Shown: positions 51,512-64,000 of the stretch, in pieces | Layout: the number at the start of each line of letters is the position of its first letter | How positions within the stretch are numbered: position 1 is the first letter of the stretch | DNA from: Saccostrea cucullata | Lineage: Eukaryota | NCBI RefSeq assembly: GCF_032062105.1 | Contig: NW_026934212.1 | Location: forward strand, 496,001 to 560,000 | Direction: 5' to 3' | DNA: 64,000 nt | Made by a program: the position numbers and the translations under genes | Notes under the pieces: model-generated | The model's database searches: none | Seen by the model: the letters and a program-made list of their open reading frames with translations, nothing else | What the model was told of the DNA's origin: nothing

Positions 51512-51591
51512 CATTTTGTCCGGCGTCCGTCTGTCCGTCCATCTGTCTGTCCGTCTGTCTGTAAACTTTTCACATTTTCGACTTCTTCTCA

Positions 51592-51622
<31 letters not shown>

Positions 51623-54600
51623 CAACAAAGTATCCTTGGGTGAAGGGGATTTGAGTTTGTTCAAATGAAGGGCCACGCCCTCATCCAAGGGGAGATAATT
51701 GGGAATTAATGAAAATTTGGTGGCATGTTTTAAAAATCTTCTTCTCAAGAACCACTGTGCCAGGAAAGATGAAACTTATGGGGAAACATCTTCAGGTAGT
51801 GTAGATTTAAGTTTGTTCAAATCATGACCCCCGGGGGTAGGGCAGGGCCAAAATGGCCGACCAAAGTTTTACATAGAAATATATAGGAAAATTCTTTAAA
51901 AATCTTCTTCTCAAGAATAGCAAAGCCAGAATTGATCATATTTATTTGGAAGCATCCTCAGGTAGTGTAGATTCAAGTTTGTTCAAATCATGACCCCCAG
52001 GGGTAGGGCGGAGCCAAAATGGCTGACCAAAGTTTTACATAGAAATATATAGGAAAATTCTTTAAAAATCTTCTTCTCAAGAATAGCAAAGCCATAATTC
52101 ATCATATTTATATGGAAGCATCCTCAGGTAGTGAAGATTCAAGTTTGTTCAAATCATGACCCCCAGGGGTAAGGCGGGTTCAAAATGGCCGACCAAAGTT
52201 TTACATAGAAATATTTAGGAAACTTCTTTAAACATCTTCTTCTCAAGAATAGCAAAGCCATAATTCATCATATTTATATGGAAGAATTCTCAGGTAGTGT
52301 AGATTCAAGTTTGTTCAAATCATGGCCCCCAGGGGTATGGCGGGGCCAAAATGGCCGACCAAAGTTTTACATAGAAATGTATAGGAAAATTCTTTAAAAA
52401 TCTTCTTCTCAAGAATAGCAAAGCCATGATTGGTCTTGGGACTACTTTTGGATTTAAGCTTTTCAAGTTTAAACCAATTTTCCTTTTTCCTAGCCACAGT
52501 GCTCAGGTGAGCTATGTGGCCCATGGGCCTCTTGTATATTTCTATGACATACCTCTTTTCAGAAAGTTTAATTAAGGTATATAATTAAGTTGTAATTTTG
52601 CTTGTAGAATCATCCCTGTTCAGAGTATGCTAGTTGTCCCTTGAATGCCACCCATGTGGTGCCAAAACCTGAGCTACGGTACCACCTTGAAAACTGCCCA
52701 GATAAACCACGACTGGAACAGGATATCTCCTTTGGTGAGTATGAAAATTACTGAATAGATTTTTAACTCTTTTGGCAGTATTCTTTAAATTCTTAATAAA
52801 AAAAACCTTCTGTTGGTTGAAATGCCATTTTAGAAATGAATTAAGATATGGGTTTTGAATTTTTCCAGGAATTTTCTTAAATACTGTAAATGTTTATTAT
52901 TTTGATGACTTTTGAAGTTAGCATAGATTTGATTTGGAGCATTTCTAAATTTTCTTATTTATGTGAAAATGTGCAAGACATTTAATTGTATTTGATTTTT
53001 GTGCGATCCACCAAAGCTGCTAAATAGAATACACAGCCAAATGTAATATGCTTACAGTATATATATGTCTTTTTGCACAGCATAAAACTTATTAAATGAT
53101 GGGGGTTTAAGGACACCAAAAAAGAAATTCTACCATGCATGGTTTGAACAGAAATTGTGATTCTTTGGAATTATGACCTCATAGAAACAAGTACATTTAC
53201 AATATATATACATGTACTTGCATCATTTCACAGCATTGATTTATTTACCATTACAAATCTGACAGAATAAATAACTAAGTCATGGAAAAATGGAAATATA
53301 TATTCTCCCTGTTTTATTGCTCTTCATTCTAAAATTGTCTGATTTTTAAATCAGAAGCACAGAAGAGGGAAGGAGGCACCCTGTTCACTGGTTGTACAAA
53401 GTTACCCACATACAGCCAGATAGACTTAAAGATTGAAGATGACTGGGATAAAGGTGGATTACTCATACAGTAGAATTTAATGTTACTGTATTCATCAAAA
53501 AAATTCTGAAAAGAAATGAATAATGGATAAGTACGGGTAAATGTAGATGTAAATGTTTTATTTTAAATACTCTGTTTTAATTTAATTTTACTAACATTGT
53601 ACATGTACTACTTTTTTTCTTGCTTCCAGAAATTCCTCTTCTTCCTCGTATTGGGGTGGATCCAAATATTTTTGCCAAAATGGAAGGAATTCAACTACAA
53701 GGGTAAGTGTTGTGTATACACCATTATGAAATTTAAATTTGCCTGATTTCATTGTAAAAATTTTTAGCAGAGATTATTTTTTTTTCTCAAATTTCTAAAC
53801 TAGGCTTACAACAGCAGAGAAGAAACACATGAAGGCACAGTATGCTCTGCCACAAGAGGAAAGAAGGTACGTATACATATATGTGCAAAGTAAAATTAAA
53901 GTGGATATTGTAGCAATTTTTTAAACCATCTCAATACTGTATTCTGGGAATTTTTTGCTCAATCTTATTTTCGCGGCTTCCGTCCTAAACATATAGATTG
54001 GCAAATTTAAAACTGGGCAAATTCAACAAACGCAGAATAATTTTTAAAAAAGAAATGTGACGTGGCGAATTTAAAACGGGTAATGTTGTTTGAAAGTACA
54101 TAAGGTCATAAATATCACTGGACAAAAATAACCCGTATACGGTACTTATAAAGATAAAGTTGTTTTCTGATTGTCACCAGTAATGGTTGTTATTTTAGGT
54201 ACTTTAAGAATCCAGATAAACCAGAGGAGAAGCCAGTAGCAGGTGCCCCAAAACAGGAGGAGGAGGAGGAAGAAGAACTGAGGATTCCTAACAAAGCCCC
54301 CCAGACCTACGTCCCTAAACCCCAGTCAACCAAACAGCAGCCCCACACTGTGTTCGCCTTCTCCTTATCCTCTACAGGAGTTGGCAGGGGTCAGACAGCA
54401 TCAACGGGGGAACAGCCCTCCATGGAGGGGCAGGGGGTGGGGATGGGAAGAGGAATGGCAGGTGTGGGTCGGGGGATCACAGGGGTGGGCAGAGGAAGGG
54501 CGGAGTCAGTCTGGCTTGGCAGTGAAAAGGTGGACAATTCTTTGAACTTGATTGGGAGAGGACAGAGTATTAGAGGGGGTCATGTGATGAGGGGTAGTGC

Positions 54601-54983
54601 AGGAGGGGGTCAGGTGATGACAGGTAGTGTGGGAAGGTTGATGATGGCAGGGACTGGACGAGGTATTTCCGTGGACAAGCTAGATAAACAAGGTACATTG
54701 GATTATGTTTGTTAAGCTGAGCTTTGTCTTCATTTACATTATGGTACTGCAGTGCCGAATTTGCCCTTCTATTCAGGAAAAAAATAATAAAACTGGAACA
54801 ATATATAAATGTTGAAGATCATACAGTAAATGAAAATGATTAATATTTAAAAATAATCTAAATTTTATTTGTGGGGATTCCATGTATAAGGGGAGAATTG
54901 AATTGAAAACAGTAAGGAGCTTGCTTAAAGCAACTAGTGTGGGAATTAATTATTAGTATGTTTTATTTACCATTTCAGATTGA
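50389..54983 (+). CDS. GTSF1: GTSF1/Asterix-like protein, paralog C (about 323 aa): altered first zinc finger, GRG-repeat tail, no coiled coil
   Basis: Exons 50389-50499, 52608-52734, 53355-53453, 53630-53702, 53804-53866, 54199-54692, 54979-54983 (last exon less certain; the unspliced frame stops at 54715); CPYNKCE...HLIRC and CPLNATH...HLENC; EDDWDKE. Confidence 0.85.
50515..51320 (+). mobile_element. Helentron/HINE-type satellite-carrying element in an intron of C
   Basis: Same termini and ~166-bp monomers as 41220-43367. Confidence 0.85.
51470..52535 (+). mobile_element. Second Helentron/HINE-type element in the same intron of C
   Basis: Same termini, microsatellite and monomers. Confidence 0.85.
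53935..54144. mobile_element. Small MITE in an intron of C
   Basis: TACTGTATTCTGGG / ACCCGTATACGGTA inverted ends. Confidence 0.45.
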
Positions 54984-55851
54984 TCAAAGTCTGAGAGGAA
55001 GTACCTACATTCAATTGTTTAACTTTTAGAAGGCTAAATATGAAAAACTGTTGTAAATTGTATTTAGGATGGCCACTTTAAAATATGCATTTCAAAGAAT
55101 TTTTTTGTTCCCAAAATAAGAATTGTGTTTTTCTTTTGATTACTGAAAGTGACTGTTTTGAATTCAGATTGAGAGGAGTTAACATTGAGAGTCTAATGAG
55201 AGGATTTTTTTGGTTATTTGGATATGTACTTGTATGCAAAATTTTCATAAAATACATGTAATGGACATTTATATGAGGCACAGAGTTTAGTTTTGTTAGT
55301 GAACATTTTATTGATATCATTTTAGCTGTGTTGCAATTTTCACACACTTCTTGCATCAAAGTCAAATGCATAATTTTAATTTACTAAATATTGTTTTACC
55401 TTTGTTTAGAAATTTGCATAAATAGTGCATTTACCCGTCCCCTTTTTTTTTAAATGTACAGTGAATTGGTACATCTTGATAGGAATATTTTTATGACTTT
55501 TTTGTGTAAAGCTAAGAATGAAAATGCAGTTAATAATATACATATGCAGTGAATAGACTGCTGTGGCTGTCTAGTATTATGACATGTACAGATTGTGTGA
55601 CACATATTGCTATAAACATTTTGTAAAAAAAAAAAAAAATGAAAATAGACTACAATCTTTTTAAAGTAAATACAAGTAGTTACTTTAAACTTGAAATAAT
55701 ATCAAAAAATTTTGAGAGTTTTCCATACTTTTGTTACAGTATTGTTTAGGATATCTTTTGTTTGTTTTATACAAATAAAGTATTTGTGAATCTCGACATT
55801 TCGATATTTTTTGTTTTATATACATGTATATGAGAAGCTTTTCATATTTTA

Positions 55852-57472
55852 AAACAATATGTGTTTTTGAAACACTGATGCCCCTGTATGGCAACAAAGC
55901 GAAGGTTAAATTTTTTCAAATGCAAATCAATCATATTGATACCCAAAGTAAGGCCTTCTCACGAGAAATACAAATGTTAAATATAACTTAAAAACCTTAG
56001 CACCACCTAATCAAAGGTTAAGGCCAAGGTTAACCATTTTTAAAGGTAGACAAAATTCTGGAGCCAAGGTCAAGGTTGTCATTTTTATAGAGAGACCTTG
56101 TCACAAAGATTTCATATGTTCATTATGAAAGCCCTAGCCCTAACTGTTCAAAAGTCAAATTGCCAAGCTTAAATTTTTTTTTAAAAAGTAGGCGAAACTC
56201 CAAGGTCAAAGGGTCAAAGTTGTTGGTATCCAAAAAAGGTCTTGTCACAAGGTTTGCATATGAGAAGTATGAAAGCCTTAGCCCTTACTGTTAAAAAGTT
56301 ATGCTTGTGACAAGACCTTTCTTAAGAAACCAACAACTTTGACCCTTTGACCTTAACCCTGGATTTTGACCTACCTTTCAAAAACTTATCCTTGGCCAGA
56401 ACTTTTGAACAGGTGGTGCTAGGGCTTTCTAATTCACAATCGTATTTCTTTTGAGTGACACTACTTTGGGTACTGATATACAGGTGACTCTCGATGGGTC
56501 GAACTCCGATCTCTCGAAGTGAACCTACGGTCCCGTTTTTTTCCTCTATATAACTAAGCAAATTTACTCCTGATCTCTCGAACTTTTATCTCTCGAACCA
56601 AAACCTGGGTCCCGTTACACATATTTCATTGAATTTTACTCTCTATCTCGAGAAGTTTTGATTGCGCGTGTATACTCGCCAATCAACCGTAAAATTGATG
56701 CAGCCTGGACTTACCTGGAAAACAGTAAACGCCTGGGGGTGGCTTGTAGGTGTTAACTGGGTGTTTACATAGATGACACTTCACCTGTGGGTCGTCCATG
56801 TGTTGATATAATTACAATGTAATTGATTATTATTGGTAAATAATAAACCATTAATTCACAATTTATTTTGACTTGAAAGCGAGACGATAATTTTTAGAAA
56901 ATTATTTATAGATGTTCGGTTCATTAAGTTCCCATAGACTATGACCTTTTATTAGAGGCTAGATAATCCCAGTATGGCAAATATTGCACAAGAAATTCCT
57001 TTCTCAAGGACTAAATACTGGTTAAGAAAAATCTGGTAAACACTGGTGAAGGAATTGTCCCGATCAAGCCGAGGAATAGTAAAACTGACAATGATATTTG
57101 GGTATCATGTAATCATGAAAAAAGAACAAATAAATATTGAAACTGTAGGAATTCCTTTTATTTATTCGAAATATGACCATAATTGTTGATATCAAGTAAA
57201 TTACCTGTAAAATATGATTGGAAACGAGCAATTACTTTATTTACATATACTTCCGGTATATTTAAAAGTAAAACATCGATGGTCGGAAGTGAAAATTCAG
57301 GATTTTATTGACTTTCTATATCTCGAACCCTTCGATCTCTCGAACTTTTCTCGCGGTCCCTTTAACCTCGAGAGATCGAGAGTCACCTGTATTTAATTTG
57401 CATTTAAGAAAAGTTTATTCATCGCTAAGATGCTATACAGGGGCATCAGTGTTTCACAAATACATCTTGTTT
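55852..57472. mobile_element. Repeat bounded by ~40-bp inverted ends; hosts a nested MITE
   Basis: AAACAATATGTGTTTTTGAAACACTGATGCCCCTGTATGGC vs GCTATACAGGGGCATCAGTGTTTCACAAATACATCTTGTTT. Confidence 0.55.
56481..57389. mobile_element. Tc1/pogo-type non-autonomous element (909 bp)
   Basis: TIR CAGGTGACTCTCGAT / ATCGAGAGTCACCTG; TA TSD; subterminal ATCTCTCGAA repeats. Confidence 0.8.
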
Positions 57473-58722
57473 ACTTATAACAATTAAATCATAAATTTGT
57501 ATAATCATAACAAATTTTAATTAACAATACTTTGAAAAGAAGACAATATCTGATCGAACAGACATGGTCAAATATGTTCCAGGGTGAACAAATCTGATAC
57601 CATAGATCATAGAGGTGGGATTTACATGTAGTACAAATTAATTGCTCTATTCTGTTAACTATATAGCAGATTGTATGGAAACAAATTTACATTCTTATTT
57701 GCTCCTCGAGCATAATTTATCAACTGCTAGGATATGATGATTCTATGGAGAACACGTTGAATTCTGTTCCCTAGTGTTGTGCAGATAGGTCCTCTGGTGG
57801 AGCAAATGTCTACAGTGTTTTAGAAATGTCAGTTTTAAATATATTCTGCATGTAAACGCATTTATGTTTATTTTCTAGCCATGAAGTGAAATCTAAACAA
57901 TTGGTGCCTCGACCAGGATACTCCAATGATGTGGCGATTTCACTGAGAGGGGAAGTGACAGGAAGATAGGTTCATATGTGACTTAATAGCTAACTGATAA
58001 ATAATTTGCTAAGAGTTCATGGGTCATGAGTCTAGCCAGGCTACACATGTACGAGCATATTGATAAATTATTTGTTACATCAATTCTTCAATTAATTTTG
58101 ATGTCTTAATTTGCAATATTTTTTTATAAAGACAAAGGTGTTGTATGGTATTTTCTAATATCAGATAATTTTCCAATGTCAAATAATCATTTGTTTTAAT
58201 GCCAGAAATTATCATTCTCGAGAAACTGAACTTGCAAATGAAATTACATCTTTATTATGTACAATATAGCAGATTTTCGTTGTTTAATATTCACACAATG
58301 TTTTTACTTTTTTATTGGAAAAAAAGGATTGATAATCTCTTAATCCATTAATATGTCATATTTTTATATTAAAGGGAATATTAGAAAATTCCAATGTATT
58401 TTTTTTTAATGTACGGGAAAAAAAAAAAAAAAAGAGTGTTCTGATTTAATAAATTCATTTTTTTTTTTTTTTTTGTAAAATTGTTCTTTATTTCTTTTTT
58501 CTAAAAAAATCAATATTAGAAATAAAGCTGTTAATTGAAAATTATCTGTTATTTTTAAAATACGTTTCTGATAATGTAAATTAGTCCCTTGATATTACGA
58601 ATATTTTACGTATGACTATTTCAAACTTTTAGGTCTGTCTTGCGCTTGTAAAGTACGAAAAAATCTTCAACGAAAAATACATATGTTATGACGCAGATCG
58701 TAACACACCACAACAACCCGAA

Positions 58723-60563
58723 ATGACTCAGTCGATTGTTGTACAAGGTAAATATTTTGTTGTGATTGATGTTGTAGTTAAATTCTTTGATTCATAAAGC
58801 ATATGATATGATAGATGACTTGATATACAATATTTAGCAGTAGAGACTTAGATGACAGTAGTTATAGCATGCAAGTTTTTTTTTGGTATCTTAAAATTCC
58901 TGAATACCAGTCTCATTGCATTGTTGCATGCAGTTTATATTTAAATGGCTTTGACAATATTTGTAGCCAAAAAAAAAAATTAATTTGGAGACTAAGCCAA
59001 TTAAGTTCTTAAAGTTAACATTTTATTATCACATCAAATATCATTTTAGTTGGTCAGTGTGGAAACCAGATTGGATGCAGATTCTGGGATTTAGCATTAC
59101 GTGAGCATGCTGCTGTCAATAAGGTAGGTGACATTTTTGTGGCATGACATGTCTACTGCTTCTGATCTAGTTGATGGATTACTTTTCAGAAGAGTGAATT
59201 TTGTGGTTTAGAGTCACATTTTCATTTTTACAGAATGGTGTCTATGATGAATCTGTAGGGAGCTTTTTTAGAAATGTTGATTCTCGATATGAAAACCCAT
59301 CAGACATTCCTTTGGGCCAAGGACAAGGAAAGATTAAGTCTCTAAAAGCAAGAGTGAGTCAATGTGAGATAAAATATTTACTTAAAGCTCACAAATCATT
59401 GAATAATACGATTATATCTCAATTTACCTAATAAAACTTTTATTAATATGGAGCATCCTTTACTACACTTAAATTTTAATAAAGAGTTACCTAATTGAGT
59501 TTGATAATTTTTTTTACACACATTTTCCAAGCAAGGTAATTTCTCTGGTTTGACTATATATCATATCATTAGTTTATCGTTTCTGTTCCTTATAGGCAGT
59601 CCTGGTGGACATGGAGGAGGGAGTGGTCAGTGAGATGACCAAGGGACCACTAAGGGAAGTGTTTGATTACCAGCAGCTCCTCACTGATGTGTCAGGGTCA
59701 GGAAACAACTGGTAGGTCACTGCTTTATACTGTAGACTCAGGAAGATTAAATGAACATCAAAGACACAAGACTTCAGATTACTGTAATTGGACCGACATG
59801 CCAGACATAAAAAAAAAAGTTTAAAACATTTTAAAGTACATGTACTTTCACAAGCTCAGAAGTAAACATTCAAGATAAATGCAAGATTAGATTTTTTTAA
59901 GTGGGTCAAACTCTAAGGTCAAGGTAAAACATACTTATAACATTTAAAAGGTCTTGTCACAAGAAATACACATATTTAGCATGAAAGCACTAGTACTAGC
60001 TGTTCAAAAGTTGTGTCCAAAGTTAAAATTTGGGGGGCTTTTTTGTACAGAGGTCAAGGTCAAGGGGTCAAATTTTGTGGTACCCCAAAAAAAGGTCTTA
60101 ACACAAGGAATACACCTGTGAAATATGAATGTCACAGCCTCACCTACTAGTCAAAAGTTATTTGCAAAGTTAAAATTTTTGCAGACACACAGATAAACAG
60201 ACAGACAGACAGACAAGGCTAAAACTATATACACCCAAACATTTGATTGTGGGAGCATCAAAAATTGGTCTAAATTTAGGAAGCAGTTTCATTAATTTAT
60301 AGATGATGAATGCTAAAAATGGCATTTTACTGATTTTAAAGTTATTTTTTAACAGTATAAAGTTAATTTCAGTACAGGAACATATACCTGTATTTCCTGT
60401 ATTCAATCTCATTGATTTTTTTTCTTACTGTTTGTATGTAGGGCAGTAGGACATAAAATGTATGGTACGATGTACAAAGAGAAGCTATTAGAGGTTATAC
60501 GGAGGGCAGCAGAATTCTGTGACTGCCTTCAGTGTTTCTTTGTTCTGCATTCAATGGGTGGAG
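58723..60563 (+). CDS. TUBE1: Tubulin epsilon chain, first 5 coding exons (continues beyond the window)
   Basis: Exons 58723-58747, 59050-59123, 59234-59353, 59596-59711, 60442-60563 give MTQSIVVQVGQCGNQIGCRFWDLALREH...LKARAVLVDMEEGVV...SGSGNNWAVGH...CDCLQCFFVLHSMGGG. Confidence 0.93.
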
Positions 60564-60656
60564 GTAAGTTCTATTATGCTTGTATAGATTTCTTTTACAT
60601 TGAGCTTTGTGGCATTATATACTTAAGTTATGCCCCCTTCAAACAAGTACAGACAT

Positions 60657-60865
60657 ACTGTAGATCACAAAATTTTGTGACACTTTATTTTCGGGAGATA
60701 GTCATTGACTCTTTATTTGCAAGACATAATTTTCACGAATTGTTGCTTTTCATCTATATAATCGTAAGGAATACTTTTGTACGCAAGAATGAAATTTTTG
60801 CGAGCCCATTGTCCCGCGTAATAACACGTAAATAAAGTTCTCACAAATAAAAAGTGATTTACAGT
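60657..60865. mobile_element. Small MITE in a TUBE1 intron
   Basis: ACTGTAGATCAC / GTGATTTACAGT inverted ends. Confidence 0.5.
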
Positions 60866-60925
60866 TTGCTTCTGTCTGTCGGTCCACCAACAATTTCTTT
60901 TCATTTTCTTCACAGAGGTTGCACA

Positions 60926-61146
60926 TACTGTAAATTCCTTATTATACGCGTGGAAATAATTATCGCGTAATTTCGCGAGAAGCACCAATCGCGAAATAAA
61001 ATTACTCGCTTTTATTTTTTTGATGCTAAATACAATGTAAAATCTCTTGATTAACCTTCAATTCGTGAATTATTATTCTCGCGATTTGACGTTGAAGAGG
61101 CCTTTCGCGATAATAAGTACTCGCGAAAAATAAGGAATCTACAGTA
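60926..61146. mobile_element. Small MITE in a TUBE1 intron
   Basis: TACTGTAAATTCCTTATT / AATAAGGAATCTACAGTA inverted ends. Confidence 0.65.
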
Positions 61147-61417
61147 CTAAAATGAAATTCAATATTCAGATTTGTTATAAGAATGTCCAAGTCAAGTTCT
61201 GTTTTGGGTACAATCGAGCAATTTTTGTCAGAGTGAAGGTTCCTCAACTTTGCTGAAAGAAGCTAAAAATTTTACTGTATTGTGATACAAATACTGTATA
61301 TCACAATACTGTTTGTCATATTATATATGACATTTCAAGAATTTAATATAATAAAAGAATGTGTTTTATGATAGATTTCCTATGTGTCTGTCTAGCTGTC
61401 CATCTGTTTGTCTCTGT

Positions 61418-62028
61418 TAGGTAACCTTAGTAAACTCAGGTGACTTAAGTAAACTCAGGTGACTTAAGTAAACTCAGGTGACTTAAGTAAACTCAGGTGA
61501 CCTAATTGCTATCCATTTTTGTCCTTCGTGGATTAATATTTGAACATTTTCAGCTTCTTCTCTGCAACTGGTGAATCACTTTTAACCAATTTGGTGTGTA
61601 AAGCATTTATGAGTGGGACAAAAATTGTGAATTTCATGGTCCCTGCCCTCCTGGGGCCTGAGGGGTGGGGTCAAAACCACTAATGGAATCTTTAAAAATT
61701 TCTTCTTTACTCCTGGACATCAAACGATCAAACTGTTGGTAAAATTATATTTAGCATTGAGTTCTCTACCAAAATTTTGAAGTTCATTGACACAGGGTCA
61801 GGGTTTCTAGTGCTAGGCTGGGGCTCTATTGATTATATAGTGAAAATGCATAAATTCTTTGAAAATTTTCTTTTCTGCTCCTTTGTATAAAAAAACAAAC
61901 AAACAAACAAACTTAATGTATAGTTATGATGATGAAGGGTGCCTCTTTCAAAATTGTGAATTTCGTGGCCCAAGGGTCAGGAGTTCTAGTGCTAGGATGG
62001 GGCTATATAGATTATATAGTGAAAATAC
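61418..62028 (+). mobile_element. Truncated Helentron/HINE-type element, same family as 24746-26348, with four tandem copies of a 19-bp 5' motif
   Basis: AGTAAACTCAGGTGACTTA x4, then sequence matching 24770-25320. Confidence 0.7.
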
Positions 62029-62475
62029 ATATGACTGCTGTCATGAGAAAAGGGCCCTTATCTTTTGACGTCACAATGCTCAGAAAACGACGTCAAAGTC
62101 GCGGTATTGAAAACACGGAAGTAATTTTTGTTGACTACATTTTGTTTACAACAAATAAAATTGAATTTCAAAGCGTAACAAAAATTTGAAACATGATGCA
62201 GACATTTTTTAATAGATCTATGCTATATTTACAGTTTAGTACGAAAATTTATTCATAATTTTGTTTTAGTATTTAACTTGATGTAGATATACATGTACGG
62301 GGCATTGGACATGCACGTTGCTAGCTCTGAAACAGCGATCAAAACGATGTCTATGCATGACTGAATTAAAGATGCTGCATATTTGTTTTCTGAGCAATTT
62401 ACAAATGCTTAATTGAATTTTGAATTCATGTTAAGAAGTCTTAATATTAAAAGTTATATTCCATGTACATGTATA

Positions 62476-62484
<9 letters not shown>

Positions 62485-62515
<31 letters not shown>
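62485..62515. repeat. (AG)n microsatellite
   Basis: About 15 perfect units. Confidence 0.9.
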
Positions 62516-62518
<3 letters not shown>

Positions 62519-64000
62519 ATGCATATATAGTAATTACCGTTCTTTTAAGCACTACTTTTTTCTGAAAAATATATACCATAATTTAAAACGCATTTACATG
62601 TAGCCATTTTAATTTTAATCCATAGTTTATCATACTGATATACCCCAATAACCAGCCTTGGTGAACTGTCGATTTAAAAATGTGTGTAAAAAAGGGGGGA
62701 GGGGAGAAGACAAGCCAAAAAATCTACGAATAAAAAGACCGGTAAAAATTATAGCTAAAAACATAATCCCTCTTTGTTTGAATAAAGATACTGGTAACAT
62801 GGGAGATCCAAACCTTTTACACAAACAATAAATATTTTTTTTTTTACTAAATTAACAGTAATAGAATATGCTAAGGGAAAAAAAAATACGAATGATGGGG
62901 ATGCTAAGTAAATTTTGCTGAAATAAATTTTGTTTCAAAAACTAATTTTAAATGATCAAATAAATACATTCCAAGGAATTGTATGGTACAGATTACTATT
63001 GTTTCAAATTTCTGAAATTGTTCCGATGAAATGAATGAATGAAATCCCTCTGGAACTTTTTTTGCAATATGTTAAGAAATTAAATACAGCTAATGTAGAC
63101 TTTTCCCAAAAGCAATATACCCAATGTTGAAGAAATTAACAATAATACATCGACAGTGATATTATGAATGAGGATATTTATAAACCAAAAGGAGGAAAAA
63201 CTATATCTAAGCAAAAAGACGTACAAATTTGTGGATAACATCAAATACATGTACATCACTGAAAGAGCAAAAAAGTATGTGTGAAAAATTGTTATGGGTG
63301 TAATTTCCAAAAGTTGTGAAAATGTTTAAAATCTTAAAAAAACTTTAATGAGCGTGAAATATATATCACTGACTATTCATGATATGAAATAAATAAGTCA
63401 CATTTTGCGTTGAAATCTTCAACTCTGATACATGTATCAAAATACCCGGCATATCTTGACATTAATTTCTTAAAAGTTCCGAGATAAGACTTTATACATG
63501 TATTATAATCCTAACATGACTCTACGGAGAGTAGTTAATAAACAAACACAATTTTTTCTTCTCTTAAATAAAATATTGGCCATTACAGTCGCACGCAAGT
63601 AGCAACGGAGGTTGGGGTGTACATTGATAGTCCCCCCCCCCCCCCCCCCCCCCCCCAACCTACACACACACACACATTCACACTTTATGTTGCATCATAG
63701 TCAAATTCGCACACTATAGGGCAAAAGAATAAGGCACTGTATAATGCTTGATTACGAAAATTTGATACTGAAAGAAGACTGAACCTAATCCCCCCCCCCC
63801 CCTCCCCAACAGCGAAATTGGATTCGAGTTTCGACACACACACACCCTGTTTTTGGTTGAGTAGGTTTTTTAAGGTAGATTTATTTTTTTCCTAACTGAA
63901 CCCCCCCCCCCCTCTTTTTTCAAACGAGTTGTGTGGGGACAGGCGAAGGTAAGAGTCAAATTCTTTTTTTTTATTTTGATTTGTTTGGTATGTTGTGAAG

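Noticed and set aside
1-64000. tRNA, rRNA or prokaryotic defence systems
   Set aside because: None recognisable; the only tRNA-like traces are in decayed SINE-like copies
62030-64000. Further TUBE1 exons or another gene
   Set aside because: No exon continuing the GGGTGSG motif was seen; the sequence looks intronic and repeat-derived

Overview
AT-rich, intron-rich animal genomic DNA. The repeat families look bivalve/oyster-like, but that is an inference. From left to right: (1) the first coding exon of a LIV-1-type ZIP zinc transporter on the minus strand; (2) an uncharacterised single-exon ORF of about 1086 aa on the minus strand, with an upstream non-coding exon and twin CRE sites; (3) an apparently intact 5-kb hAT transposon whose transposase gene has one intron; (4) IS3EU-like non-autonomous elements filled with palindromic repeats; (5) a near-identical 3.3-kb tandem duplication; (6) three tandem paralogs of the piRNA cofactor GTSF1/Asterix on the plus strand, with exon chains reconstructed by hand (about 402, 396 and 323 aa); (7) the first five exons of epsilon-tubulin. 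The GTSF1 cluster is the most interesting part. All three proteins are about twice the length of the vertebrate and fly GTSF1 proteins I recall, and all carry GRG-repeat tails. Two end in a PYM/eIF2A-like helical module. The RNA-binding first CHHC finger differs among the copies. The cluster is also heavily colonised by transposons: a Tc1, Helentron-type satellite carriers and MITEs.
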